A stretch of 64,000 nucleotides of DNA from Botryllus schlosseri (Eukaryota), in assembly GCA_051294905.1 (NCBI GenBank), contig CM119372.1:744001-808000 (forward strand), written 5' to 3'. Under the pieces are notes generated by a model. It was not told the origin of the DNA and did not search any database. It was given only the letters and a program-made list of their open reading frames with translations. Shown piece after piece: positions 22,902 through 34,580 of the stretch (the stretch's first letter is position 1; every line of letters starts with the position of its first letter). The position numbers and the translations under genes are program-made.

Positions 22902-24014
22902 CTATTCCTCACTAATTCGTTTACGAATGGAGCGCGACTTGACCGATTTCTTTTTGAAAGTCGTAGAACCCCCCTCCCCATCCAGAGACGTCACAATTTT
23001 TTCGTTAAATTTACGCGGTTTGTCATCAACGGGTTGTTCTAGAGTAGTTCTGTCAACGAGTCCCTCTTTTTCAGAGTCCTCAGATTTAGCTGGCAATTGC
23101 CAGTCCACCCGTTTCTTTACTTCAATGTTTTGAACCACGTTCCAAGTTCCGTATGGATTATGCCTCGGCTTTTTTGCCGGTAATTCATCGGAGGAATCAT
23201 TTTCTTTTTTCACTACAGGGGTAAAAACTGGTTTTGATTCGTAATCATCCGGTTTTTCCCACTGAGACTTCCCAGTTTCGCTGTTCCAATAATACGTGTG
23301 GCCTTCGGGAGAGACTTCTTCTGTCCAAGTTGATTTCGCAGGTGTTTCAGATGATTTAGATTGACTGCCTTCAACAATAACAGCTCCATCTGGCTTATCC
23401 CAACTCGTCTCCCCATTCTCGGTATTATAATAATAAGTCTTGCCTTCTGGAGATACTTGTTTCATCCAAGTAGCCTTTTTTGATTCCACAGGTTTTTGAG
23501 GTTCGGCCTTTTTTTTCTTCGATACAAAATCGGGAGGCTTATCCCAACGTGACTCTCCACTTTCGGAGTTCCAATAATACTCTCGACCTTCGGGAGACAC
23601 TTGTTTGACCCAAGGCGAATTTTTGATAATTTTAGACTCCCGGAAGTCCTCCTTATTGTGTATTTTCACTTTTTTCTTACCCCCTTCTTGAAAATGCAGT
23701 TCGTGGATGCCTTTGCTCGGCCGAGAAGCCCCCAAGTGCGGCATTTCCGAATCGATGACTAATCCTTGCTCCGCTAAATCCTTCTGGTACGCTTTCAACG
23801 CGGCGTCTTCCATTTGACGTAGATACACGCCGGCTTGTTGCTGGTTTTTGAACTGTTCTGCGCTGCGTTTACGCAAACTAGACAAGTGTTTCTCTTTCTT
23901 GTCAATATGGCTTTTGCCGCGTTCGTGAAATTCAATGCTAGCCTTATTATCGGCTAGCCAACATTTGCATATTTCGCAAAAATAACGCGGGTTTGATTTC
24001 CAGTACGACGCCAT
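22902..24014 (-). CDS. WBP4: WW domain-binding protein 4 / FBP21 (intronless, 370 aa)
   Basis: N-terminal matrin/U1-type zinc finger MASYWKSNPRYFCEICKCWLADNKASIEFHERGKSH, three WW domains, NPYGTW motif and a basic C-terminus. Confidence 0.93.
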   Translation of the reverse strand: MASYWKSNPRYFCEICKCWLADNKASIEFHERGKSHIDKKEKHLSSLRKRSAEQFKNQQQAGVYLRQMEDAALKAYQKDLAEQGLVIDSEMPHLGASRPSKGIHELHFQEGGKKKVKIHNKEDFRESKIIKNSPWVKQVSPEGREYYWNSESGESRWDKPPDFVSKKKKAEPQKPVESKKATWMKQVSPEGKTYYYNTENGETSWDKPDGAVIVEGSQSKSSETPAKSTWTEEVSPEGHTYYWNSETGKSQWEKPDDYESKPVFTPVVKKENDSSDELPAKKPRHNPYGTWNVVQNIEVKKRVDWQLPAKSEDSEKEGLVDRTTLEQPVDDKPRKFNEKIVTSLDGEGGSTTFKKKSVKSRSIRKRISEE

Positions 24015-24814
24015 TATGAAATGCAATATTCAGTAAGTCACTTGAAGCTTAGAGCAAAGGTACTAGCCAAAAGTCTGCAAAAACAAAACAATTGATAAAA
24101 TAACAGTTTTGTTCTATTGGCTGAAATAATGCAATCAACAGTAACAATTTCAATGGCAGTGGATGACTATCGGCTAGTCTTATAGCCCAACTGTAACAGT
24201 TGAGGCTAACAATTATCAACACATGCATAAAAAAAGGGTCTTTGACAGAATTTCAAACGGATATGATTGCAAAACATAGCATATTGAGGAAATTCTATAA
24301 GTTGGAGTTTTGACAATGGCGAAGCATTGTATTTGTTAAATCAAAAAATAAGTTATCGGGAATATTACTTTCGAGATTATAGGTTACCTGTTACATATCA
24401 TTCCAATTTTTTTTCAATACTGGTATTACAGATTTTTTATTGAAATCAAATTCCGCAGAGCACAGTTGTTTGAGGTCGTTTTTCAAGTTCAAATCATGGT
24501 AACTACAAAACACTGCATTTTGCTAAAGCAAGACGGAGGCCAACTTGTCTAGAAATGGATATCCGAGATTCTAACTTCAATTTTGATCAAATATTTTTTT
24601 AATATTACGGATATCTTAATGAAATAAGTCGGAGTTTTGACAGCTGCGAAACACTGTATTATGTTGCATCAAGATAAAACTTGCCAGGAAATTTACTCCC
24701 GGAATTCTATCTATTGCATTTTGTTCCAATCATTCTAATAGCGGTATTACGGATTTTTAATCGAAACTAAATTCAAAATATCAACTTGATAAGTTTAAAC
24801 ATCTGCAGAGAGCA

Positions 24815-25501
24815 TTATTTTTGACCGTTAGCGAGTTCCTGCGAATTTTCTGCTCCGGAATTTTCACCATTCTTTTTGTCAGCATCAGCATCAATCTTCA
24901 AATTTTCTAGATTATCAGCGGTAGTTTCCACTTCAGACTTATTGGATTTTTTATCATCTTCAACGTCATCTTCATCGGTAGTTGGTTGTTGCTTTGGAAG
25001 ACTTTTGTTGATTTCAATAGCTTCGTAAAATTGGTCCTTAAATTTACCTGCATTTTCTGAATTCAAAAACTTGATGGCAAGCAGTTCTGACTTCATTTCT
25101 TCATCAGAAAACTCTGCGGCTACGCTCCAAACCCACGCCCGATCGCTGCCGCAGTTTGGTGTCAATTTCATGTATTCTTCGATAAAATGATTGGCACACA
25201 CCTTCAGAGTTTTGTCGCGTCGCATCAGCAACCTCACCTTTTTCGTGATTTTATGTTGTAAGAACCTCACGTTGCCGGTACCGCGTTCTTTCCATTCCGC
25301 CGGGTCACATTCTGACGCCCAGCGATATAATTTTGCGCGCATTTGGAACAGGACATCCTCCTCTTCTTCGAGGGTTTTGGTTTCTTGCAAAGGCAAGCTT
25401 ACGATTGGTTCAAAATGGGGCTCGTGGCTTTCCGCGACAGTAGGAGACGCGGTTTCTATTTTACCCTCACAAGGGACAGTCTCTTCCTTACTTTCAGCCA
25501 T
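24815..25501 (-). CDS. RANBP1: Ran-specific GTPase-activating protein / Ran-binding protein 1 (intronless CDS, 228 aa)
   Basis: RanBD1 domain: [66 protein letters not shown]-like LENLKI. Confidence 0.95.
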   Translation of the reverse strand: MAESKEETVPCEGKIETASPTVAESHEPHFEPIVSLPLQETKTLEEEEDVLFQMRAKLYRWASECDPAEWKERGTGNVRFLQHKITKKVRLLMRRDKTLKVCANHFIEEYMKLTPNCGSDRAWVWSVAAEFSDEEMKSELLAIKFLNSENAGKFKDQFYEAIEINKSLPKQQPTTDEDDVEDDKKSNKSEVETTADNLENLKIDADADKKNGENSGAENSQELANGQK

Positions 25502-25689
25502 GCTAAGTCAATAATATTAACCAATCTGGAAGAATCACAGAGCTATTATACAGAACATGTAAGAAGACAATGACTATTCATTCGGAACCGTAGGAATAAT
25601 TTTTTCAGGTTATTCATCCGGATCGTGACGTAATTATCCAGAATCAGAGATAGAGAGAGAAAGATTTATTGATTTGTACTCCTGCAAAC

Positions 25690-26171
25690 CAGAGATGAGC
25701 ATGGATTAGGATTAGATTTTGAAAAAACAGGATTTATGAAATTTTATCGGACTTGGATTGGATTAGGATTAGAGATCTTTTTTCTGAACGAATTAGGATT
25801 TGGATTGGATTAACCTATTTTCTGGGAGGTTGATATGTCGTGTGGCGAATGGCGACAAACTTGATTCAGATTAGTTATTAATGTGCTTATGGTACACTAC
25901 ACTATGGTGCACTCGATGCCAATGAACATGAGAGGTGCAGCCCTATGCTAAGTTATCTTAAATCTAGACAATCATTGGCTGTGAAAGAAAAATTTCCAAT
26001 TCCTATCTTGCATAATTTAGCATTTTTTTCTGAATTTCGAAATTGGAATCGGATTAGGATTGTACATGGACTTGAATATACAAAAGTTCTGGATTAGGAT
26101 TCGGATTAGGATTTGAAGCTTCGGATTTGGATTGGATTAGGACATAGAAATTCCAGATCCGCTCATCTGTG
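25690..26171. mobile_element. hAT MITE with GGATT(A/T) subterminal repeats
   Basis: TIR CAGAGATGAGC / GCTCATCTGTG with perfect TSD CTGCAAAC. Confidence 0.85.
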
Positions 26172-26279
26172 CTGCAAACCAGCTTGATTATCAGTAATTA
26201 ATAATTTTATACACACTGGGCGTCACCACTCACCAAATACCTTTGTAACCATCAATTCACATGCCGATGAGATGCACGA

Positions 26280-26660
26280 ATGGTCATTCAATTTTTCGTC
26301 GCACTCATAATTCACTAAGTTTTCCGCGGCGGTCCGCTTACCACCTATCCAGATTTATATTCTATGTAAATATCCCACCATTTTCACAACAGGGCTGATG
26401 TACGAAATACTTGCATATCGTTTTCCGCGGTTTCCGCATTTTAGAGCTGCTCTGCGCAAAGCTGCAAAGGTCAATAACCGAATGTGCCGCATCCGCAGCG
26501 TTTTACGAGTCATGAATTTTTGCGCGAATCTGTTGTTAATGCGATTTGTGGTTCATTTTTTGCAGTTCCCGCTTTTCAGGGTTATAAGGATGCCCCAAAA
26601 TGTAGCGGTAACAATGCGGCATTGACGCAGCAGACGCACGTGCGGTTATTTGATCCTGAC
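26280..26660. promoter_or_regulatory. Putative bidirectional promoter region for RANBP1 (-) and MRPL45 (+)
   Basis: CpG-rich segment with no recognised repeat between the head-to-head genes. A strong minus-strand donor GTG|GTAAGC at ~26341 could end a non-coding RANBP1 first exon. Confidence 0.4.
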
Positions 26661-27345
26661 TAACTTATCAGTGGCACATATATGAACGAATGACGTTTTA
26701 AGGTTTTATCAGGGTTGTAACAAAGTCAAAAGGTTCCGAGTCACAAGTTAATTCACTTTTGTGGTTTTGACTCAAGTCAAGTCAATATATAGTCATATTT
26801 CAACACTGAGTCAAGTCCGATTCCAAGTTAGGGATCAAATGCTAGAGTTCGTGTTCACTGTCAGGTTCAATTTGGGTGATACCATTTTTCCAACTGTTTA
26901 CTAATTCAAACAGACAAAAGACAGTTTCTGAGCATATTTTTCAATTGTATGGCCTCCTATATGATACACAAAACTTGAAAATCAAGTTATGTAGAACGTT
27001 GTGAGTCATATGACTTGCTTGAGTCATGTGCATTGTGAAATGACTCGAATTCATGTCGAGTCAATACATAGGGTGATTCTAGTCAGTCAATTTATATATA
27101 AGAATATGACTGAAGTCAAGTCATAAAAAAGTTGAGTCGAGTCAATACACACAAAGTGACTCAAATCAAGTGGGGTCAACGTAAAATTGCGACTAGGTTT
27201 GAGTCATGAATCGAGTCATTACAATCCCGCGCTATATCATTATTATGACTTTGGATTTTTTGTCATAAACAGAGGCTTTTACAACAATGATACACGTTTG
27301 ATCGTAAAATTAGTTATAGTATCTGTGTGAATGACCTACTGGACC

Positions 27346-30300
27346 ATGGCGTCGAGTGCAGCAACAGTTTTCGTGCGACATATGCCAAACTTTCACAAGG
27401 TTTTAGATCCCCATCGATCAGTATTGGGTGAGTTTACTTGATTCTGATGACACTGACCATGTAGTCTATCGTAGTTATTTTTTATATATGATCATGATCA
27501 TCGTGGATAATTGTAGGAAGATCTTAATTTTGACTCCATTGAGAATTATCACTGGTGTTTAGACATTTTGTTTTCAGTTTGTTTTGCGTTTTGAATCCTT
27601 GAACAGATTTGTACAAACTGCCATTTAGTTGGCGATCAACTAACTGTACTGGATATTTGAGTGGGCCTAGCAAATTCTATAGTTCTATTTGCGCATTTAA
27701 AAATAATTTAGTTGACGAACTAGAGAACATGTGTAGGTGTTTAGCGTGAATCGTGATACCGATGTTCTTATGTGTGATGCTCTTATAGCCCTCAGTCGTC
27801 ACTACTAAAAGTGGGGTGACCAGGGGTGGGTTTTGGGGGTCGATACCCCTCCCATTTCAAACTCGAAACCTGCCTATTTGAAATGCCTATTCCATCTCCG
27901 ACACTTCGTGCATCAGAATTGAATCTAGCGGTGTCTTAGTTGTGGAATTTTAAAGGTCGTTCGTTCTAGTTCTAGTTCTAGTTGCGTGTCTTGAAAAGTG
28001 AGTAGTTTGTACAAGTCTCATGAAGGTAATTTTTGATCGATTGCAGGACAATACTATTACTGATCTTGATATTCAGGCAATTGGGAATTATCAGTCTAGG
28101 GCAAGTTTTTGTTGCAGTTAAATCCATGGAAGTTGCATTTATTTTTGAAAAAAGTTGCAGAAGTTGCATTTTGACCACATTTTGCTCGGTTGACTAAAAA
28201 AAGGTCAATTTTCCGGCTCAGCTCCCAAAATACCCGTACAAGCGGGTGTTTCAGTCAAATTTGGCCGTGTATTTCCCCGTAATCGAAAATACTTTCATGA
28301 AAAAACGGGAAAATTGCAAAATGTTGCAAAAAGTTCCATGAAAAAAATGGACAAAAGTTGCAAAAAGTTGCACTATAAGATTCCTTCAAACAGCTTAAAA
28401 CGGCATTCTAAATATCTTATGAGTATTTAGGAAGCTGCCGGAAGCTGTAAAAAAAGTTGCATAAACTTGCCCTAATTATCACTATCATTAGAAATTTTGT
28501 CGCGACTTTATAATAGATTTGTTGAGTCCATTGAATTATCTTTTTCAGCAACCTTCATTCGAAATGTCTCCATTGCGCGCTCGCCGTTGACTCAGAAAAC
28601 GGACTTGTTTCAAAAGAGATTGGAAGAATCATGGAGGAGAAATCCGATTCGTTCGGAGGAAGTTGAGAGACTCGGTAAGACTTACGAGCTGTATTCGATT
28701 CGAGTAATGAGAGACGATTTTTTTTCGAGTACTGAAATAATACACTCCTTTCTACTAAGAGTAAATTTATCAAAGGAAATTATAGTTTCAATGCTATATT
28801 CCCACGGTGGAAGACTTGAAACCTCCATTGATTACATCTCAGCATACAAGTTACCAGAGGTGGTCACAGTAGTTACCGTCAATACTCAAGTAGAAGTACA
28901 AATAGAAATAACGCCGAAATTTCTACTCGAGTAGAAGTGGCGGTTGACAAGTAAGTAAGTAGAAGTACTTCGTTACTGACCACCTCTGCAAGTTACGCAG
29001 TAGCCCACAAAGCTACGCATGTTAGTGGAGATGACATATCTGTGAAGTTGTGATCAACCTAGCATTTTCACAAAGGGCAATAAAATAGGTATGGTCAAAG
29101 AAATAAAAAATTATATTTAATGTGATGTACAACTGGCAATATTTTCGTCGTGGTCGCACGAAAGCTACATATTTGAATTTTTGACGTCATTGATACTTTT
29201 ATGAAATTATAATTAGTGATATTCGAATACTCTGCACAAACCTTTAATCTGAACCGCATATGTTACTTCAGGTACCAGCAAAATGGCAAAAAAGAATCGT
29301 ATGTACGCGCAATTCAACTACATCGAGTGGAGATTCCCAACTAAACAACGGCCAATTGACATATCCTGCACAAGTAATTGATAGAATCCTCTGATTTCGC
29401 CTCGAATAAACGAAGATAGTGCTGGTATCAGTAAAATATCAGACATTGGGGCATGTCTGGCCCTATTGAGTGGGCAAACATCAGTTCCTGGGAGAGTTGG
29501 ACACCTAGATAATTCTAGTTTTTGAATTAGAATAGCAAAATGCAGGCAATCTAATTCTGATGTAATTTGAAAAATGTTTCTTCGCTCTAATCTAATTTGT
29601 TTTGAAATTCGAAATGCTTCTATGCTGAAAATGTAGCTTTAATCCAATTTCCTGGCTCTCTCAAAAATGCTACATCAGAACTGTATAATGCGAAAGGAGC
29701 CAGGCTTGCCATTGCACAGGCATTTGCTATTCTCATGCTTACGAGAATAAACTCTTGATTTGATATGAACTAAACCTGGTTCAATGTCCAAGTTTTTGTG
29801 AATTCTGTAATTCCAATCTAATTTGGAAAAAAATATGTAGCTATTATTCTGATTGTGATCTAATTGATAAAAAAATATGTCGCAATAATTCTAATTCTAG
29901 TCTAATTTGAAAAAAAAACTGTGTTGTTATCATTCTAATCTAATGTGGGACAAAAACGTTTGAGCTGTAATTCAAATTCTAGTCTACCAGAATTTGAAAA
30001 AAATGTGTAGCTATAATTTTAATTCTCATGCAATTTGTAAAGCTGAAAATTTTCTAGATGTCCAACTTTTGGTTCCAGGGCGTGTCCGACCCCTTTGAGT
30101 TCATAGAGATCAGGTCTAGAATATATAGGCACATGCGGTCACAATGGACTTATGTCACTTGCTTGGTCATTATCCGCTATTCAGGAGGAATCATCAAAGA
30201 GTACGAAGCCGAATCGGAAATGTTCTCCAATCTCCGTCAGCCACGAAAACTTCTACAAGAAAAAAGAGCTGAATTTTTCAGGTCCGATGAATTTCCAGGA

Positions 30301-33069
30301 GAGAATGAGAAAAAAAAACTGATTTTGTGTTTACTTCAAATAAACCATTTATCAGAGTTGTCACTAAGTCACAAGATTCCGAGTCAGAAATCAATATTAC
30401 TTTTACAGTTTTGATCAGTGTCAAGTCGAGTCGTTTCCGAGTCCAAGTCAGGAAGCAAAGGGTCGGGTCCGAGTCCCAGACATAGTTGATATCAAATCAA
30501 GTTCATCTCACAAATTTTTTGAGACTCTTCGGTGAAATTGAAGGCCTCGGATTCGTAATATTCTCATGTCGAGTCATTCTACATTTTTAAGAAAATGACT
30601 CGAGTTGAGTCGAATCAACGAAAAATCGTGTGACTCAATGTCTAGTCGAGTCATAACTCAAGCCGTTACAACCTTGCTATTTACGTCGGAAACTATTATA
30701 TGTCAGAATTCTATTTCTTTGCACCGCAGTCATCGAGCCATTAAGAAGAAAGTGAAAAGCTTTCATCGGAAACGTTTCCCAGTCGAAGCGCAAGAAATCT
30801 ACCTACAAGCTCACGATCTTCTGAATTCAAACAAGTACCGTTTTTCATCTCTGTCTTTTCAGCATGATACTTAGATGATCGTTCTCCAGAGGGGGCTGGG
30901 CACAATAATGCGAGCGCTCAAATCTGAATCGAGTATTAATTCTAATGATTTGAGTCGAGGAGTGAGATATGATTTGAATACTGCAATTACATGCTTCTTA
31001 TCACTAAGAGTTTCATCAAAGACCAAGCGACTTAGTTTTCAACCGCGAGCTATGCAGTTACATTTGTTTTCAGCTGGACATTGTCCAACAAGGAAGCCAC
31101 GGAGGACCGCCTTCATGGATTGGTGACAGAATTCGCTTATCTTGTGAGTGACGGTGACTAACTGGTATAGGGGGTCTGCAACAATGTAGTAAAGCTGACT
31201 GCCCTTGAGTGGACTTACTACCAGAATTGGTCGCTGAACTTGGGATGACTTTTCTGTTCCAAGAAAATGATCGAAGGCCTGGAAACCAAGTCCGTGAATT
31301 GGAAGTTTGTGGAATCGATCGAGCCGCCGCGTACCGTTCAAACGCTCATATCACCCATGATGCATGAAGATAATCTTTACGCTCAGGTCACCGTCCGATT
31401 CCATACCAGGCAGGTGTGTCGTTTTTGCTGTTATTGCGTCGCGTCTCATTCTCAGAGGCAGATTCGAGAACTGGATATAATTCTACTTGTCTAATTAGAC
31501 TAATTACTGTGGAATGCCGGTAACCTAATTTCAATGTAAGTTTTGATATGTTTGTGTTCTCTCATTTTCATGGTAATCTCATTTCTGGTTTCCTGGAAAC
31601 GCTACAGGAGAACTATATGGTGTGGAATGAGCATAGCGTGCTGTAGAGACAGTCGTCATTCGTTTTCACATGTTTCCGAAATCATTACTTTTTACAAGTA
31701 CTAGAGTGGAAGTTTACTGCATTACATGAATTTGAGCACTTTCAGACCTTGTTTATATCCATTTGATGCAGTTTCAAAAATCGCTACTTTCTACTTGATC
31801 TCGAATAGAAATGTAAATTAGTTACCGTATGTATACTATCAGTATATTTTATAATATATTTTAATTTAGCGCATTTCAGACCTTACTTCCTCGCAAAGCA
31901 GTTTTCACACGTTTAAGAAATCGATTCTTTCTGCTTATATCGAGTATATATTCGCTGCATTCCTTCTACTAGAGTAGCGACTTGACCACTTTTAGCACCT
32001 CTGCCCACTCTGCATTTCCAGATATTATCGCTCCACGACCGATTTGGCCGACTAATGCTGGGGTCACCGACTGAACCCAGAGATCTTCTCGAATTTGTGA
32101 CCTTTGAACGTCACATCGTCGACCCGTTCGGAAAATGGAGAATCCACGGCAAGAAGTTAGTTCAAAACAAAAACACAGATAACACCGACAAGGTTTGTGG
32201 TTTACCATTGAATTATGTACTCGTATTGAAATCTACACGAATATTTTCGGCTGATGCTCGTCAGGAGTAGGCTAATCGTCAGCAAGTAATAGACAATTGA
32301 AAAGAAATTTGTGTATAGGTTGATTTACAGAGTTCTTTGGAAATCCCTACTATATTGTTGCCTGATGGATGTCAGCCGAAAATACTCGGGCTCATTTCAA
32401 TATGAATATACCGTTTCATTGTATATTGAAGTTCTAGACTTGCGAAAAGCTCTTCTGTATGAGTAACAACTCCGACTATATTGACCTCTGCTCATACAGA
32501 CGATGGTGATCGTGCGAAAGAACCATCTGAAGGCGTCTGCAGAAGAGTGGCATAAGAAGGAGGAGGAGGAATGTTCGTATAAATGGTACCCGACGAGAGA
32601 AGTGAGTCGTTGCTGGTGCCGTGATTTTATGAAATCCTTTCTAAGCAATCATGAAGAGGATGGCTACTTGGCTAGTTTTGTTGGGCTCTCAAATTTAATG
32701 TTTAATACTGATCCTGGTGTTCATAAGTTATATTAGTTTCATAACTGTCATTAGTGTCATAAGTTTGACCGGTTTGCTTCGATTCGTTAGCTACATTAGT
32801 ATCATTATCTTCATGGTGCAAAGACATGACCATCCCTGTTGAATCGCGTGAAATTGTGTTTACAGAAAGTGCTAGCCCGCCTAAACCGTCCGTTCACGCG
32901 CTACCGTACGAAGAAGCAAAGGCGATCGCTGCGCAAGCACTGGGTGACCAAAGTTCTACACAAGCCAATCATCAGGATGAGAAAAAAGGATTTGCGAAGG
33001 GCCGCGCGAAAATCGAAGCGAGTCTACGAAATGCGACAGACGGGCGCGCTGCCGAAACCGCCGCCGTGA
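27346..33069 (+). CDS. MRPL45: Mitochondrial ribosomal protein mL45 (Tim44-like domain), 10 exons
   Basis: Phase-consistent exons ~27346-27427, 28549-28674, 29272-29372, 30185-30281, 30730-30834, 31074-31143, 31264-31413, 32023-32192, 32500-32601, 32866-33069. Motifs: RPIDISCT, AQEIYLQAH, LHGLVTE, WKFVESIEPPR, YAQVTVRFHTRQ, DRFGRLMLGS, EFVTFERHI, GKWRIHGK. AATAAA at ~33182. Confidence 0.9.
28097..28473. mobile_element. MITE with AAGTTGCA internal repeats
   Basis: TIR TAGGGCAAGTTT / AAACTTGCCCTA; both flanks contain ATTATCA but the TSD register is imperfect. Confidence 0.65.
28855..28988. mobile_element. 134-bp hAT MITE (AGTAGAAGTA family) nested in another MITE
   Basis: TIR CAGAGGTGGTCA / TGACCACCTCTG with perfect TSD CAAGTTAC. 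Confidence 0.9.
29492..30071. mobile_element. Abundant hAT MITE family with AATTCTAATCTA motifs (representative copy)
   Basis: Termini GAGTTGGACA...TGTCCAACT with TSD GTTCCTGG/GTTCCAGG. More than 12 partial copies elsewhere (e.g. ~13030, 14640, 20870, 31470, 41640, 42680, 43760, 45770, 46340, 47965, 48780, 56380, 62470). Confidence 0.75.
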
Positions 33070-34580
33070 TGTCGCCTCGTCGGATTGCTTCCGTTGCCAT
33101 AACGTTCGAGTAGTGGCGTTGTTCGGAAAGGGCGCAGGGTCTTGTAAACATTCGTGAAATATCGTTTTCTATTGCGTTGAAAATAAATGAAGTCGCTTGT
33201 GAGGATTGTAAAGTGTCTGCTTAATGTAGGGTCGTTAAACTCCAGATGGTTAAGTTACCCGCCCACGGACTGCACAAGTGAACGTATGGCAACCACACTC
33301 TTAGCGATAAGGCAGTGCTGGTTTTTACTCTACTGTTGCACTGGTTATGACATGTAAATGAAATATTACCATCTGGTCAGGGTACTGCAAACCCCAAAAT
33401 TGCACTTAAAAGTGTTGCGTATCTTACAATCGGAGCGCCACATTACAATGAACAATTGCGGTGGCACGATTGTTCGGTTCGGTTTATTAGCAATTCCTAT
33501 CAGTTTAATACACCACAAAAATTGAGGTACATTAAAAAGATGACAGTCGAAACGACTTGGAATGGAGTAGTCTTTGAAATCAGACACCCACGTTGGCCTA
33601 TAGGCGATGCAAAGAGGAGGCATGCGCTGCAAAACTGAATGAAAAGTAAAAAAGATGATATATAGGAAAGCAAGCAACAAAAATTATCTGACATGTCACG
33701 GAAGGCGAGATCGATATAGGTCCGTAATCTTAAGGACGGACTAGTATTCATTTAGTAGAAATTCCTTGTATTTACAATCGTTGAGTTATATTTTTCATCT
33801 GAACAAGTCACAGACAATGTACAATGCGATGTAATGAACAGATAGGAGGATTTCGAACGACACGCATGCAGTTCATCATCATCATCATCATCATTGGTTT
33901 ATTAGCAATTTTATCAGTTCAATACACCACAAAAAATGCGATACAATGAATAGACAGGAAGATGTCGAAGCGACAAGGAGTAGGCTAGTCTATGGAATCG
34001 GACACCCACCTTGGCCTAGGCGATGTAAAGAGGAGGCATGCACACTGAATGAAAGTAAAGAGGATGGTATAGAAAAAGAAAGCGACAAGAAATAGGGCGG
34101 CATGTCATGGGAAGCGAGATCGACAGGTCAGTCGTGGTCCGGTAATCTTGAGGATGGACTGTATTTATTTAGTAGTAATTGCTTGTATTTCGACTTGAAT
34201 GTGGACATGTTCGTCGACTGTCGGATGGCCGGCGGGATACTGTTCCACACATCAAGTCCGGCATATTTGATGGAGCGATGATCTTTTCGGTCGATCATAT
34301 GATATTTGAACGACGTGGACGCGCGTGTTGTACTTGTGCGCTTTTGATTCCGAGGTAAATAAGAAGTCATTGAAATAATCGGGGCAACGACCGCAGTGGA
34401 ACTGATACATAAACTTGGCGATTTCTAGTTTCCGCATATCTTCTATGTTCAGGACGCCGAATCTCTTCGGCAGCGACTTGTTGGATGGGCAGCCAAGCCC
34501 CTTTGGGGCCCTAGCTATGATTCGGAGTACTTTATGTTGTATAGTTTTTGCAGTGGCTTGAGTGCAGTTTTACTGGCAGC

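Noticed and set aside
32826..33113. 95-aa ORF as a separate gene or last MRPL45 exon
   Set aside because: The strong acceptor at 32865 with a phase-0 upstream exon selects the overlapping basic frame ending at 33069.
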